Assembly: GCA_043228905.1 (NCBI GenBank)
Contig: JBHGNT010000020.1
Coordinates: 2,170,001 to 2,234,000 of the forward strand
Origin: Azolla caroliniana
Taxonomy: Eukaryota > Plantae > Polypodiophyta
Reading direction: 5' to 3'
DNA length: 64,000 bases
Of the stretch, positions 11,312 to 21,843 are shown one piece after another; position 1 is the first letter of the stretch; each line of letters opens with the position of its first letter. The translations under genes and the position numbers were made by a program. Below the pieces are notes generated by a model. It searched no databases, was not told the DNA's origin, and saw only the letters and a list, made by a program, of their open reading frames with translations.

Positions 11312-13351
11312 TTGCGGTTCGGATACAACGAGTACATGGCGCATCATTATGCGTACATGACCCGTGTAGCGAAAGTGCGTGAGCCGGAGAGCTACGCAGA
11401 AGCGGCTAAAGACGCGAATTGGCGTGCCGCGATGGAGGAAGAGATGCACGCATTGGTGGAGAACGAGACCTGGGACCTGGTTGCCGCACCAAGAGAGGTA
11501 AAACCGATCGGGTGTAGGTGGGTGTACAAGGTCAAGTACAACACTGATGGCTCGGTCAACCGGTACAAGGCTCGGCTAGTGGCAAAGGGCTATGCGCAGA
11601 AACACGGCATCGACTACGATGAGACATTTGCGCCGATCGCGAAAATGACGACCGTCAGTGTTTTGCTCGTAGTAGCCGCTGTGAATGGGTGGCACTTACA
11701 TCAGATGGATGTAAAGAATGCGTTCCTGCAAGGTGACCTTGAGGAACAGGTGTACATGGTACAGCTCCCCGGATTTCAATCCGGCACGAACTCCTCGGCA
11801 GTATGCCGACTGAAGAAGTCCCTTTACGGACTGAAGCAAGCCCCGCGTGCTTGGAACGCGAAGATCACGCAACAACTGCGTTGGATGGACTTCGTCACGT
11901 CAAAATCGGACTCTTCCTTGTTCATCCGGAAAGGTCGACTTGGACCGGTTAGTATTTTACTATATGTTGATGACTTGGTCATCACCGGCGCCGACCTAGG
12001 TGAAATCGACCGCGTGAAGCTCCAACTTGCGGCATCGTTCGACATGAAGGATCTGGGGAACCTTCATTACTTCCTCGGGATCGAAGTGATCCGTACCCCC
12101 GAAGGCATATTGATCAGCCAACGTCATTACGTGCTGAGTATGCTCTTCAAATTCGGGATGGCCGACTGTAAGTCCGTCTCGACTCCTCTGGACAGAATCG
12201 TCAAGCTTCGTCCCGATACGGGAAAGGTATGCGACCCGACGAGGTTCCGACAAATTGTCGGAAGCCTCATATACTTGACCATCACCCGACCCGACCTCAG
12301 TTATCAGGTCGGAGTGATCAGTCAATTCATGGCGCGACCTACCGAGGAGCACCTTCAGTGTGCGCAACGCATACTTCGGTATGTCAACGGCACTAAGGAC
12401 CGGGGACTGCTATATCGGACCGGTGCAGCCGCGCAGTTAGTCGGCTGCACCGATGCTGATTGGGCTAGCAACGCCGCTGATCGCCAATCCACGTCCGGAT
12501 ACGAGTTCTCCCTCGGGAGTGCCGCGATCGCGTGGAGCAGTAAGAAGCAGCCGACAGTTGCACTATCGAGCACCGAAGCTGAGTACCGAGGAGCGGCTGT
12601 CGCGACATGCGAAGCCATATGGTTGAAGCGGCTACTTAAGGACCTACAAGAGGAGGTGTCAGATCCGACGACGATCTACTGCGACAACCTCAGCAGCATC
12701 CAGCTCAGGAAAAACCCCGTTTTCCACGCACAGACCAAGCACATTGAGGTGCACTACCATTTCGTCCGTGAGCGTGTCCTTTCCGGTGAAGTCGAACTTC
12801 AGTACGTTCTGACGGATCGGCAGACTGCCGACATCTTCACCAAGCCTCTTGGTCTAGACAAGTTGCGGCAATTCTCAGGTGCGCTCAGATTGCGTCACCT
12901 CGACGTGCCAAACTTGAGGGGGAGAACAGTTCCGAATGACCATGCAAAGCAGCAGGAAAGGAGCGGAGACCGCGACACCGAGTCAGTTGACTCAGTTGAC
13001 TCGGTTGTCGAGTTCGACTTCGGATTGGCTGAAGAAGCCGAGGGCGGACCCGCGGAAAAGTCCGGAAGGGGACAGAAGGGGAGCAGCCGAAGGAGAGAGC
13101 CGAAGCCAACCACGCATGGGGAAGATGACGCCATCGAGGGCGAGAAGACCGAAGACAAGTTGGAGACAGCCAACTCGGACGAGAGCGAAAACCGATCGGG
13201 TGTAGCTGAGTCGGTTCGGATGTTTGATTCAGATACGCTGAATCAACTAAGGCCCAAGCGGAAGAAAAGGCAGCAGGAGAAGCGTCAACACCGCAACAAC
13301 AGAAGAGCTAACAAGGGCCACATGAGCAGACAAGCCGATCGAAAGGGTTGA
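11312..13351 (+). CDS. Copia C reverse transcriptase-RNase H with a charged C-terminal extension
   Basis: QMDVKNAFLQG, SLYGLKQAPRAW, YVDDLV, DADWA, SSTEAEY, KHIEVHYHF, ADIFTKPL. Confidence 0.9.
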   Translation: MRFGYNEYMAHHYAYMTRVAKVREPESYAEAAKDANWRAAMEEEMHALVENETWDLVAAPREVKPIGCRWVYKVKYNTDGSVNRYKARLVAKGYAQKHGIDYDETFAPIAKMTTVSVLLVVAAVNGWHLHQMDVKNAFLQGDLEEQVYMVQLPGFQSGTNSSAVCRLKKSLYGLKQAPRAWNAKITQQLRWMDFVTSKSDSSLFIRKGRLGPVSILLYVDDLVITGADLGEIDRVKLQLAASFDMKDLGNLHYFLGIEVIRTPEGILISQRHYVLSMLFKFGMADCKSVSTPLDRIVKLRPDTGKVCDPTRFRQIVGSLIYLTITRPDLSYQVGVISQFMARPTEEHLQCAQRILRYVNGTKDRGLLYRTGAAAQLVGCTDADWASNAADRQSTSGYEFSLGSAAIAWSSKKQPTVALSSTEAEYRGAAVATCEAIWLKRLLKDLQEEVSDPTTIYCDNLSSIQLRKNPVFHAQTKHIEVHYHFVRERVLSGEVELQYVLTDRQTADIFTKPLGLDKLRQFSGALRLRHLDVPNLRGRTVPNDHAKQQERSGDRDTESVDSVDSVVEFDFGLAEEAEGGPAEKSGRGQKGSSRRREPKPTTHGEDDAIEGEKTEDKLETANSDESENRSGVAESVRMFDSDTLNQLRPKRKKRQQEKRQHRNNRRANKGHMSRQADRKG

Positions 13352-13453
13352 AGCGCGCGGAGTCGAACAGGTCGAGGAGCGTGAGCGAGGCGTAAAGCCA
13401 GGAGGAACCGGAACTGTGAGCCCGAAGAGCCTCAAGTTGAGCTTGAGGGGGAG

Positions 13454-13836
13454 TGTTGAGAGACAAGCTCAACATCGACCGGATCGGCTAAAGAAGCCGA
13501 GGACCGGATCGGTTGGAACCGATCGGTTAGGTCGAGTGCGTAAACCGGGAGGCCGTTAGGAAAGATATTCCGTGAGGAATATATTTGGGAGTTAGTATAG
13601 GAGCTCTTAATGAGCATTGAAGTATTGTCAGTACTTCTGTCAGTCCTTCTAGGACTTGTATAAAAATGTTCATTGAACACACATATGCATAGAGTGTTGA
13701 ATATAGTTCTTGTTTTCTCTCTCTCACTCCCTCTGTCTCTCCCGCGTATACTGCGTAAGCTCAAGCTCTCCATTAAACCTGAGTTTTCTTCCTTCTGTTC
13801 GGTCTTTATACTTGCTTCCACACGCTACTTTTTACA
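13454..13836 (+). repeat. 3' LTR of copia C
   Basis: Direct repeat of 8165-8547. Confidence 0.95.
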
Positions 13837-14862
13837 ATAACCGAAGAGCTCGTCGGTTACATGGATGCCGACTGGGCCGAAGATGCATCAGATCACCGAT
13901 CAACCTCCGGTTACATGTTTTCCCTAGGTAGCGCAGCTGTTGCATGGAGCAACAAAAAGCAGCCAACAGTTGCTTTGTCGAGCACAGAGACTGAGTATCG
14001 GGGCGCTACAATTGCCACTCGTGAAGCCATCTGGCTTCGGCGACTGCGGCAAGACTTACGGATCGAGGTACCGACCCCAATTCTGGTCTACTGCGACAAC
14101 ATAAGCAGCATGCAAGTCGGCAAGAACCCTGTGTTCCATGCTCGCACGAAGCACATAGAAGTGCATTATCACTTTGTGCGTGAGCAGGTCCTGAGCGGTG
14201 AAGTTGAACTTCAGTATGTTCACACAAATCGGCAAGTTGCCGACATCTTCACCAAGCCGCTCGGATCGGACAAGTTGCAACACTTCACCGAAATGCTTGG
14301 TGTTCAGCATCTCGACGTGCCACACTTGAGGGGGAGAATGAGCAAAGACACCGGAACGGGCAAAGGCAAAGAGACTGCCGATTGTGTCGGTGAGGGAAGA
14401 ACAGAAGGCGGTAGAGTCAAGAAGGACAGAGCCGACCGAAGGAAGAAGGCCAAGACCCGGACATGGTTCGATGTTGTGAAGGGCTTGGAACCAGAAGACG
14501 AATCGGGAGCAACCGATTCGGACAAGACCTGGAATGAATCGGAGACAGTTGATTCGGAAGAACCAGATCAATTCAAGGCCAAGCAAACACGGATGCAGCG
14601 GAAGTCGATGCCATCGCGGAGGAACCGATGGATCGAAAAGCGCTGGAGTCATAGCAGCGATGGAGCTGAGAGGGGCCTATTGAGCAGACATACCGACCGA
14701 GAAGGTCGAGGCGCGCAAAACAAGAGGGGTCGCGGCAAACAGAACCGGACCGGACGAGGAGCGCGAGCAAGGTGGAGGGACGCCAGGAGAAGTCGGTTGG
14801 AAGAACCGACTGCCACAGAGACTGACACTAGGATCCAACCTCAAGTTGAGCTTGAGGGGGAG

Positions 14863-15261
14863 TGTTGAAGCGGCAAGCTCAACTAGAGCCGGATCGGCTG
14901 AATAAGCCTGAGCCGGCAAGCGAGACGGATCGGTAAGCCGGCAAGCAACAAAGCCGGTGAGCTGGGGAGCCAGTTAGCCGGGTCCAATCGGTAACCGGAA
15001 GCCTAGTATTAGTTTAGACTACTAGGCAATTATAGTCTCGTAGTAAGTGTCAAAAGCTCGTGTGAGCATTGAAGTACGCGGTACTTCTGTCAGTCCCATT
15101 AGGACTTTTATAAATAGTGCTACTGAGCACAATTGTAAAGGATAGAGGCATATATCGTTTTTGAATATAGCTTTTACGTTCTGCTCTCTCCGTCTCTTCC
15201 GCGTACTCTGTGTATTCCCTACTTTCTCTGTTTCTAACGCTTCCGCAAGTAATCGTTTACA
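14863..15261 (+). repeat. 3' LTR of copia B
   Basis: Direct repeat of 3865-4263, preceded by PPT, followed by TSD. Confidence 0.95.
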
Positions 15262-17321
15262 GACCTCGACAACACAGAAGAAAATGATAAACTAAGGTCA
15301 ATACTCGAAGAGAGTCTGATCTCAACCAGATTGAGCGAACCACAAGAGCCTCCGAGCAACCAAAGCACATCTCGGCCAAGTCCAAAGATGGACAAAGGGA
15401 AGGCCAAAATGCCGAAATATGAAGATGATCATTTCGACGGCAATGAATCGACTCATTCACTCGATAGTGAGTTCGATGGCTTTGATGTGCCTCTTATGAG
15501 GTCACCCGGAGTTGAGAAAGCACTCACATCGGCAAATGAGAAACTCCGTCACTCCACCCGAGAGAAGAATCGGGTTAACCGATTCGGCTACAACGACTAA
15601 ATGGCATACCACTATGCCTTTATGATGAAGGTGGCAGCAGTTCAAGAACCGGAGAGCTTTGTCGAAGCCGCTAAAGATCCCCGATTGGTCGAAGTGATGA
15701 ACGAGGAGATGCAAGCTCTCAGCAAGAATGAGACATGGGATCTCGTCCCTCACTCACCGCACAAGAGGGCAATCGGCTGTAGATGGATATACAAAGTGAA
15801 GTATAATGCCGATGGTTCCGTCAACCACTACAAAGCTCGACTTGTAGCAAAGGGCTACGCACAAACACAGGGCGTCGACTATGAAGAGACCTTTGCCCCG
15901 GTGGCAAAGATGACAACCGTGCGAACCGTGATAACGCTTGTAGTAGCAAAAGGGTGGCACCTCCACGAGATGGATGTCAAGAACGCCTTTCTTCAAGGTG
16001 AATTAGAAGAGGAGGTGTACATGGTACAACCACCAGGCTTCGAATCTAGAATTCATCCGAAAGACATATGCCAACTCAAGAAGCCTCTCTACGGCCTTAA
16101 GCAAGCACCACGGGCTTGGCACTCGAAGATAACACAATATCTTCATCGAATCGGTTTCCGAATGTCAAAATCCGACAATTCTCTATATGTAAGAAGCGAT
16201 TCCGAAAGTCCGATCATCATCATCCTATACGTGGATGACCTGGTCATTGGAGGTGAGCATCTAGTCGACATCAACAAGGTGAAATCCCTCCTTTCCAACA
16301 AATTCAAGATGACGGACATGAAAGAGCTCCACTACTTCCTTGGCATCGAGGTAATTCAGACTCCAGCCGGGATTATGATCTCCCAATGGCACTACATTCT
16401 CAACTTGTTATACAAGTTCGGGATGACTGAGTGCAAGTCTATGGCAACACCTCTCGACCGAAACCTCAAACTAGATGCCAATTCTGGCACCACAAAGTGT
16501 GAGCCGACTCAGTATCGACAACTGATCGGTAGTCTTATCTACCTCACGATCACTCGACCAGACCTGAGCTATCCGGTCGGCCTTCTTAGCCAGTCCATGC
16601 AAATGCCATGAGATATCCATTTGGATTGTGCTAAGAGAGTGCTACGATACGTGAGCGGAGCGATGGACTATGGCATTCTCTATAAGTCGGCCACGCCAAT
16701 TCAACTTGAGGGGTACACAGACGCCGACTGGGCAGGCTACAAAGCCGACCGACGATCAACCTCTGGTTTCATCTTCTCCCTTGGAAGTGGAGCCATCTCC
16801 TGGAGTAGCAAGAAGCAACCAACCGTCGCTCTTTCAAGCACAGAGGCCGAATACAGGGGCGCCGCGGTGGTTGCATGTGAAGCCGTATGGCTTAAGCGGA
16901 TATTGAAGGATCTGGGCGTTCCCATCAAAGATCCAATTCCCCTTTACTGCAAGAACATGAGTAGTATTTATATGGCTCGGAACCCGGTGTTCCACGCATG
17001 CACGAAGCATATCGAAGTGCACTAGATCACCTCATTCGAGAGCACGTTCAGGCTGGCAATGTCGACCTTCAACATATCACTACGAATCTTCAGAAAACCG
17101 ACATCTTCATCAAAGCCCTAGGAGCCGACAAGCTTCGGCGATTCTTGTCAGACCTTGGATTGACGGTCCCTGACTTGCCAAGCTTGAGGGGGAGTACAAG
17201 CGAAAACCGGATACTGACCAAACCGGATACAAGTCGGATGTACCAGATACCGTCTAAACCGGATACAAGCCGAAGCAGACATCAACCGAAGTAGCCGACC
17301 AAAGTTGAGCTTGAGGGGGCG

Positions 17322-17722
17322 TGTTGAGAATCAACCTCAATCTAGTCTAGTGTGTGAACACACCCTTGAGAGTGTGCACTCAAAGGTCAAAAGTCACCAC
17401 TCTTATCTACACATTAACTATGTGTCATAGAATCATATTCTATGACACATAACTAATGAGTTTTCACATTCCCCATGACCCATGAGCTTTGGTAGTTAAT
17501 GAAGAGAGAGAGAGTGACTATATAAAGCACTCTCCTCCTACTTTGTAATTAGTTCGGTTAATCTCCTTTGTAATATACATCGTCTTGAGTATTCTATTGT
17601 TAAAATCTATCTATCTTGTGTTTCTCTCTCTCTCTCTCTCTCTCATACACACACACATACACACTCACAACATATATCTCTAGTCTATTCCACTGCACAA
17701 GAATCACCATCGATTCTTTACA
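17322..17722 (+). repeat. 3' LTR of copia A (401 bp)
   Basis: Follows PPT GAGGGGGCG; TGTTGA...TTTACA; homologous copy on the minus strand at 33900-34278. Confidence 0.85.
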
Positions 17723-18360
17723 GGGTTGTTATGATTGCTCGGTCCGGCAGGATAGTTTCCCCTTCTGCCGAACTCTTTGGCATTGCTCCTATCGTCTTGC
17801 CATTGGTAATAGTTGCGTTTTCGAGTCAATTGACCCTGTTGCCCTCGGCCGAATCGACCTCTATTTCCTCGGCCGAATCCTCTTCCATCATCCGACTGTG
17901 AGTAGAGCATCTAACCATCCGATGCATTGCTCCTTTGTCGGGCATGGTTTTCTTCCACCAGTAATATCGATGGGAGGTCGAAAAAGGAAGGTGGGTTCTC
18001 CCTTGCGAGAATGGCCGATTTGATCGTGTTGAATCGCGGTGCTAAGCCGCTGAGGCATATTTGCACCATTTCGTCATTATCAATGATGACATTGATCGAT
18101 CTGAGGGTATCACATGGCTCCTTGATCTTCAAGGTATAACCGATGATCGACATATCCCATTGTTGCATGTTGTTTAGCTCTTGTCGTAGTTTGAGTTTTC
18201 GTGTAGCTGTATTGGCCGCAAAAATCTTCTTGAGATTTACCCAAGCTTCTTTCGGTGTTTTCGAATCTCGAATATAGCCAAGAATGTGGTCCTGAACGCA
18301 TGACACAAGGCAGTACAACACACAACTCGCAGCCTGCTCCCACGCTATGTAGTCGGCGTG

Positions 18361-19051
18361 GAGAAGGGCGGGACCACGGGGGTCTTGGACTAAGGAGTAG
18401 AGGAGAAGGAATCGGACAAGGAATGGAAGCTTTTCTCAAGAAGAAGAAGAATGAACACGAGATTAGATCGAACAAGAGGGAGATGGAGACAAGATGAACA
18501 ACCAGATGTATTAAAACGAAATGAACGATTACAAAATGGTGGCCGCGTAGGTCGCACCAAACGACTACTTGAAACCCTAACCGACGAAGATGAAGATAAA
18601 GATGAAGAAACCCTAACCCTAACGCTCGACCTATGTGGTATACCTCGCACACTCAAAATAGGCAACCCTCACAATGGTGCCTTCCCTCTCCTTTTATAGC
18701 ACAAGGAGGGAAGACCGTTTACAAAAACGAGACTGAAATATCCCCTTTCATTCAAAGGGGATATTTGCCTTGATTTGGGGAGGGTGAGATTGATGGCCCC
18801 TTAACTCCCACCTCCTCACAAACAACTAGGTACCTATGTACCGCATAGTACCTCTCTCTCTCTCTCGCGCGTGGATGTGCGCACAAGACCACATCGCCTT
18901 TATACCTTAGGGATCTTATGGGGCATTTCTAGCATCATACCCTTTTCCCCTATTATTATTACAAATACATTATGTACGTGTGCAACGTTGCACATCGCTC
19001 TTTGGCTCTCGTTGCTTGGGTTTCCGCTCGTGGACGAAAATCTTCACGACA
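18361..19051 (-). mobile_element. Gypsy solo LTR related to the LTRs at 36789 and 43117, flanked by GCGTG repeats
   Basis: Splits D gag between NPTHA and DYIAWEQ. Shares GCGTGGAGAA..GCGGGACCAC.GGGGTCTTG and the terminal TCTTCACGACA with the 36.8-kb LTR. GCGTG at 18356-18360 and 19052-19056. Confidence 0.75.
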
Positions 19052-19407
19052 GCGTGTGTCGGGTTGGGTTGCATTTCGTGGGCTCCCTCGATGTAGCTCC
19101 AGTAACCTTGTCCGACAAGGTATTGATGCATCTTGTACTCCCAAGATGTGAAGTTTGTTCTATCAAGCTTCTCAGTGGGAATAGTGCTTCCCATATGAGT
19201 GTTCATTGTCGAACTTCTTCTACTCTTGATGCGAACTGTGCAGATCATTGCTACAGCAATCAGTTGTTTCTCTCTAAATACGAGCCTGAGCACAACACAC
19301 GTAAAGATGATGGGCTTGGATCAAGCTACCACACGCTCTGATACCATGTAAGTAAACGAGAGTGATTTTGTGCAACAGAAGGACTATGTGTGTGTGTATG
19401 TGCATGT

Positions 19408-19412
<5 letters not shown>

Positions 19413-19462
<50 letters not shown>
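19413..19462. repeat. (GA)25 microsatellite inside the D LTR
   Basis: Seen directly. Confidence 0.95.
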
Positions 19463-19464
<2 letters not shown>

Positions 19465-19640
19465 TCTAAACAAGAAACTGTATATTACGTCCAGTAGTAA
19501 CTAAGTTACAAAGGGTTGGTTTAAATACCAACTGATCTAGGGCAAGTGCCCTTTCCACTAATTACAAAACTAGCCTAGTATGTTGTCCACTGGCTAGCGT
19601 GAATACTATCTCTATGGGAAGTTGAGTTCAATTCTCAACA

Positions 19641-21770
19641 CTCTCTACTAGGTGATGGCTTCCATACACATAACAAAGAGGGCTTCTTGCCATGAGATAA
19701 CCAAGTGTTGAATACATGAAGAGTCCGGAATCTTAAGTGAAATGCGTCCATTTAGTAATTGCCACCATGAAGCCTTAATCGTTGTCTTCCCATGTGTTAA
19801 ACCCTTGTTCTCAATGAAATATTGAACAATAGATATCCATGGTTGTGAGTTTGAACACATATCTTGTAATAATGAAAATCTATGAGCCATCATATGCATA
19901 TATAAGTCCAATATTCCAGCTCCCCCCAAGCGCTTAGGGGTTGCTAGATGATTCCACACAACCCATGTGATTCCCATCTTATCCCTCTCCTTCCACAACA
20001 AATATTGAAGAGATTGCAAAACAGAATGCAATGACTTCTTTGTCCATGGCAACTGTGGCAAGTAATATAATATCATGGATTCCATAATAAATTGTACAAC
20101 CTTCAAGCGTACATGAAATGACCAAGATTGTGACTTCCAATACATGAACTTATCCCTTAACTTACTAGACATCCATTCAATCAATTGATCATTTGTAATA
20201 ATCATTCCCAATGGATACCCCAATTGTCGAAAAATAAAGGCTTTCTTCACCACGGATCCTTGGCATCCTAAACATTCCAAATCCCTTTCAGTACATGATA
20301 TGAGACGATACTTCCCCCAATTAATATGTAATCCGGGAGCCAATGCAAATTGGTTCCCTACAAGCATCCCCTTCTCAAGATTAATTCGCAAGGCTTGTAG
20401 AAACAGGAAAGAATCATCTGCCAAAGCTTGTGCTACTAGTTGCCCTCTAGGTGGAAGGTGTAGACCCACAATGTCACCATTTGTTGTAAGCCTTAATAAC
20501 ACACTAACAATGGATGAGTAATAATAGCAAATTATAACAATAGGCTAAGTGGGCATCCTTGATGAACAAATCTTGTGAGGGCAATATCTAATGTAACTCC
20601 GCAATTAAGCATTACTGGAGACACCGCATCTTGTCCTAATAAAAATATGAGGTGAGAACGTGGTCCAAAGCCCATTTTATGTATTAACCCAAAAACAAAG
20701 GACCAATTAACATCATCATAAGCTTTCTCCAAATCTAATTGCACCATAATCAATTCTTGATGAGTGTTTTGTGCATAATCCATGGCCATTTAAACATTCC
20801 ACACATTATGCAATATATTCCTACATGCAATAAAACCATACATGGGTGGGATGTATCAACTTTGACAAATAATTTTGCAATCTATTTGCCAAGACCTTTG
20901 TAAATAGCTTATACAACCCCACCATCAAAGAAATAGGTCTCTATTGATGAAATGACTCGGGAGATGTCACATTCAGAATTAATTTCATTAGATCAACCTT
21001 CCAAGCTTGAGGCATACAATCAGAATCCCAACAATGTTGAAACATCAAAGTTAAGGGCCCCTTAAAAATGTTCGAATATCACTTAAAAAGTTCATTTTTC
21101 AAGTCATCCCAACCAGGGCTCTTACCACTAGGAAGATGTCCTAAAACCGTGTCCACCCATCCTCAGTGAAATGTGCATCCAATTCATGACTAATGAGGTC
21201 ATGCACACTACATCCAACCACATCATAAAACTCATGACATGCTCTACTCACCTCATTTGTCATTAACAATTGTGGGCCAATCAACTCCTTAAAGTAATGA
21301 ACACATATGCCAATTATTGTAGTAGGATCCACTATCAATTCATCCCCTTGCTTCACATGTACCACATTAGATCGAGCATAAGTAGGATGTAACGCTTGGA
21401 AGAACAAATGAGATTGACATTGATTATCTATGAGCCCATCCTTCAGTTGACGCATCTTTGCATAACAATAACTTTGGCATTGTAACTGAGGAATAATAAC
21501 CTGCAATTGATCTTAGATATCCAAAAGCTTCTCATCTAATGGTGCATGTATCAATAATGCATTACACCTGGATAGAACTTGTGAGAATTGTCAAAGAAGA
21601 CCTCTTCTTCGTTGAGCATTAGTTAATCCATACATACGATGAATGATCTTAATGTTTCATAACGTGATATCCCATGATTTAACTCCTTTAAGATTCACTT
21701 CTTGTGAAAAATTTACCAAAAATTGCTCCATGAGAGAGGTTGAAGCAAAAGAGAAGAGTTAAAGCGTAAT
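19641..21770 (-). mobile_element. L1-clade LINE ORF2 remnant (reverse transcriptase)
   Basis: Minus strand GKSPGWDDL, LDLEKAYDDVNW, QGCPLS, QALADDS, GLHINWGK, PKRLGGAGI; many stops. Right boundary approximate. Confidence 0.85.
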
Positions 21771-21843
21771 GGAGGCGAATTAACTTATTTCTTAGGCGAA
21801 TTAACTTATTTCTTGAAAGAAAGTGTAACTAACATTATTACAG

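Larger units (their letters stand above)
8165..13836 (+). mobile_element. Ty1/copia element C, full length, TSD ATAAC, youngest in the nest
   Basis: 383-bp LTRs at 8165-8547 and 13454-13836 (about 7 differences); TSD ATAAC at 8160-8164 and 13837-13841; PBS TAGTATCAGAGC 8548-8559 (TGG>TAG); PPT before the 3' LTR. Confidence 0.95.
3865..15261 (+). mobile_element. Ty1/copia element B, full length, TSD GACCT, interrupted by element C
   Basis: 399-bp LTRs at 3865-4263 and 14863-15261; TSD GACCT at 3860-3864 and 15262-15266; PBS TGGTATCAGAGC (tRNA-Met-i) 4264-4275; PPT 14854-14862; gag-PR-INT-RT-RH order with stops and frameshifts. Confidence 0.95.
2311..17722 (+). mobile_element. Ty1/copia element A (outer), interrupted by element B; 5' part lies off-window
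   Basis: Gag zinc knuckle near 2345, protease WFVDSGASNHMT and integrase at 2474-3864; resumes at 15267; RT 15601-16611 (YVDD), RNase H from 16621 (YTDADWAG), PPT, 3' LTR. Several stop codons. Confidence 0.9.
17723..19640 (-). mobile_element. Ty1/copia element D, 5' part (LTR 19347-19640, PBS, gag); target of element A and of a solo LTR
   Basis: Minus-strand LTR TGTTGAG...CTTACA; PBS TGGTATCAGAGC at 19335-19346; gag EKLDRTNFTSWEYKMHQYL...ENPPSFFDL homologous to B and C gag. Confidence 0.85.

Noticed and set aside
14341-14868. Copia 3' extension as an env-like gene
   Set aside because: Highly charged, with no hydrophobic transmembrane segment or signal peptide, and not a separate ORF.
21773-21814. 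21-bp direct repeat as a LINE target-site duplication
   Set aside because: The copies are adjacent rather than flanking the LINE; a simple tandem duplication.
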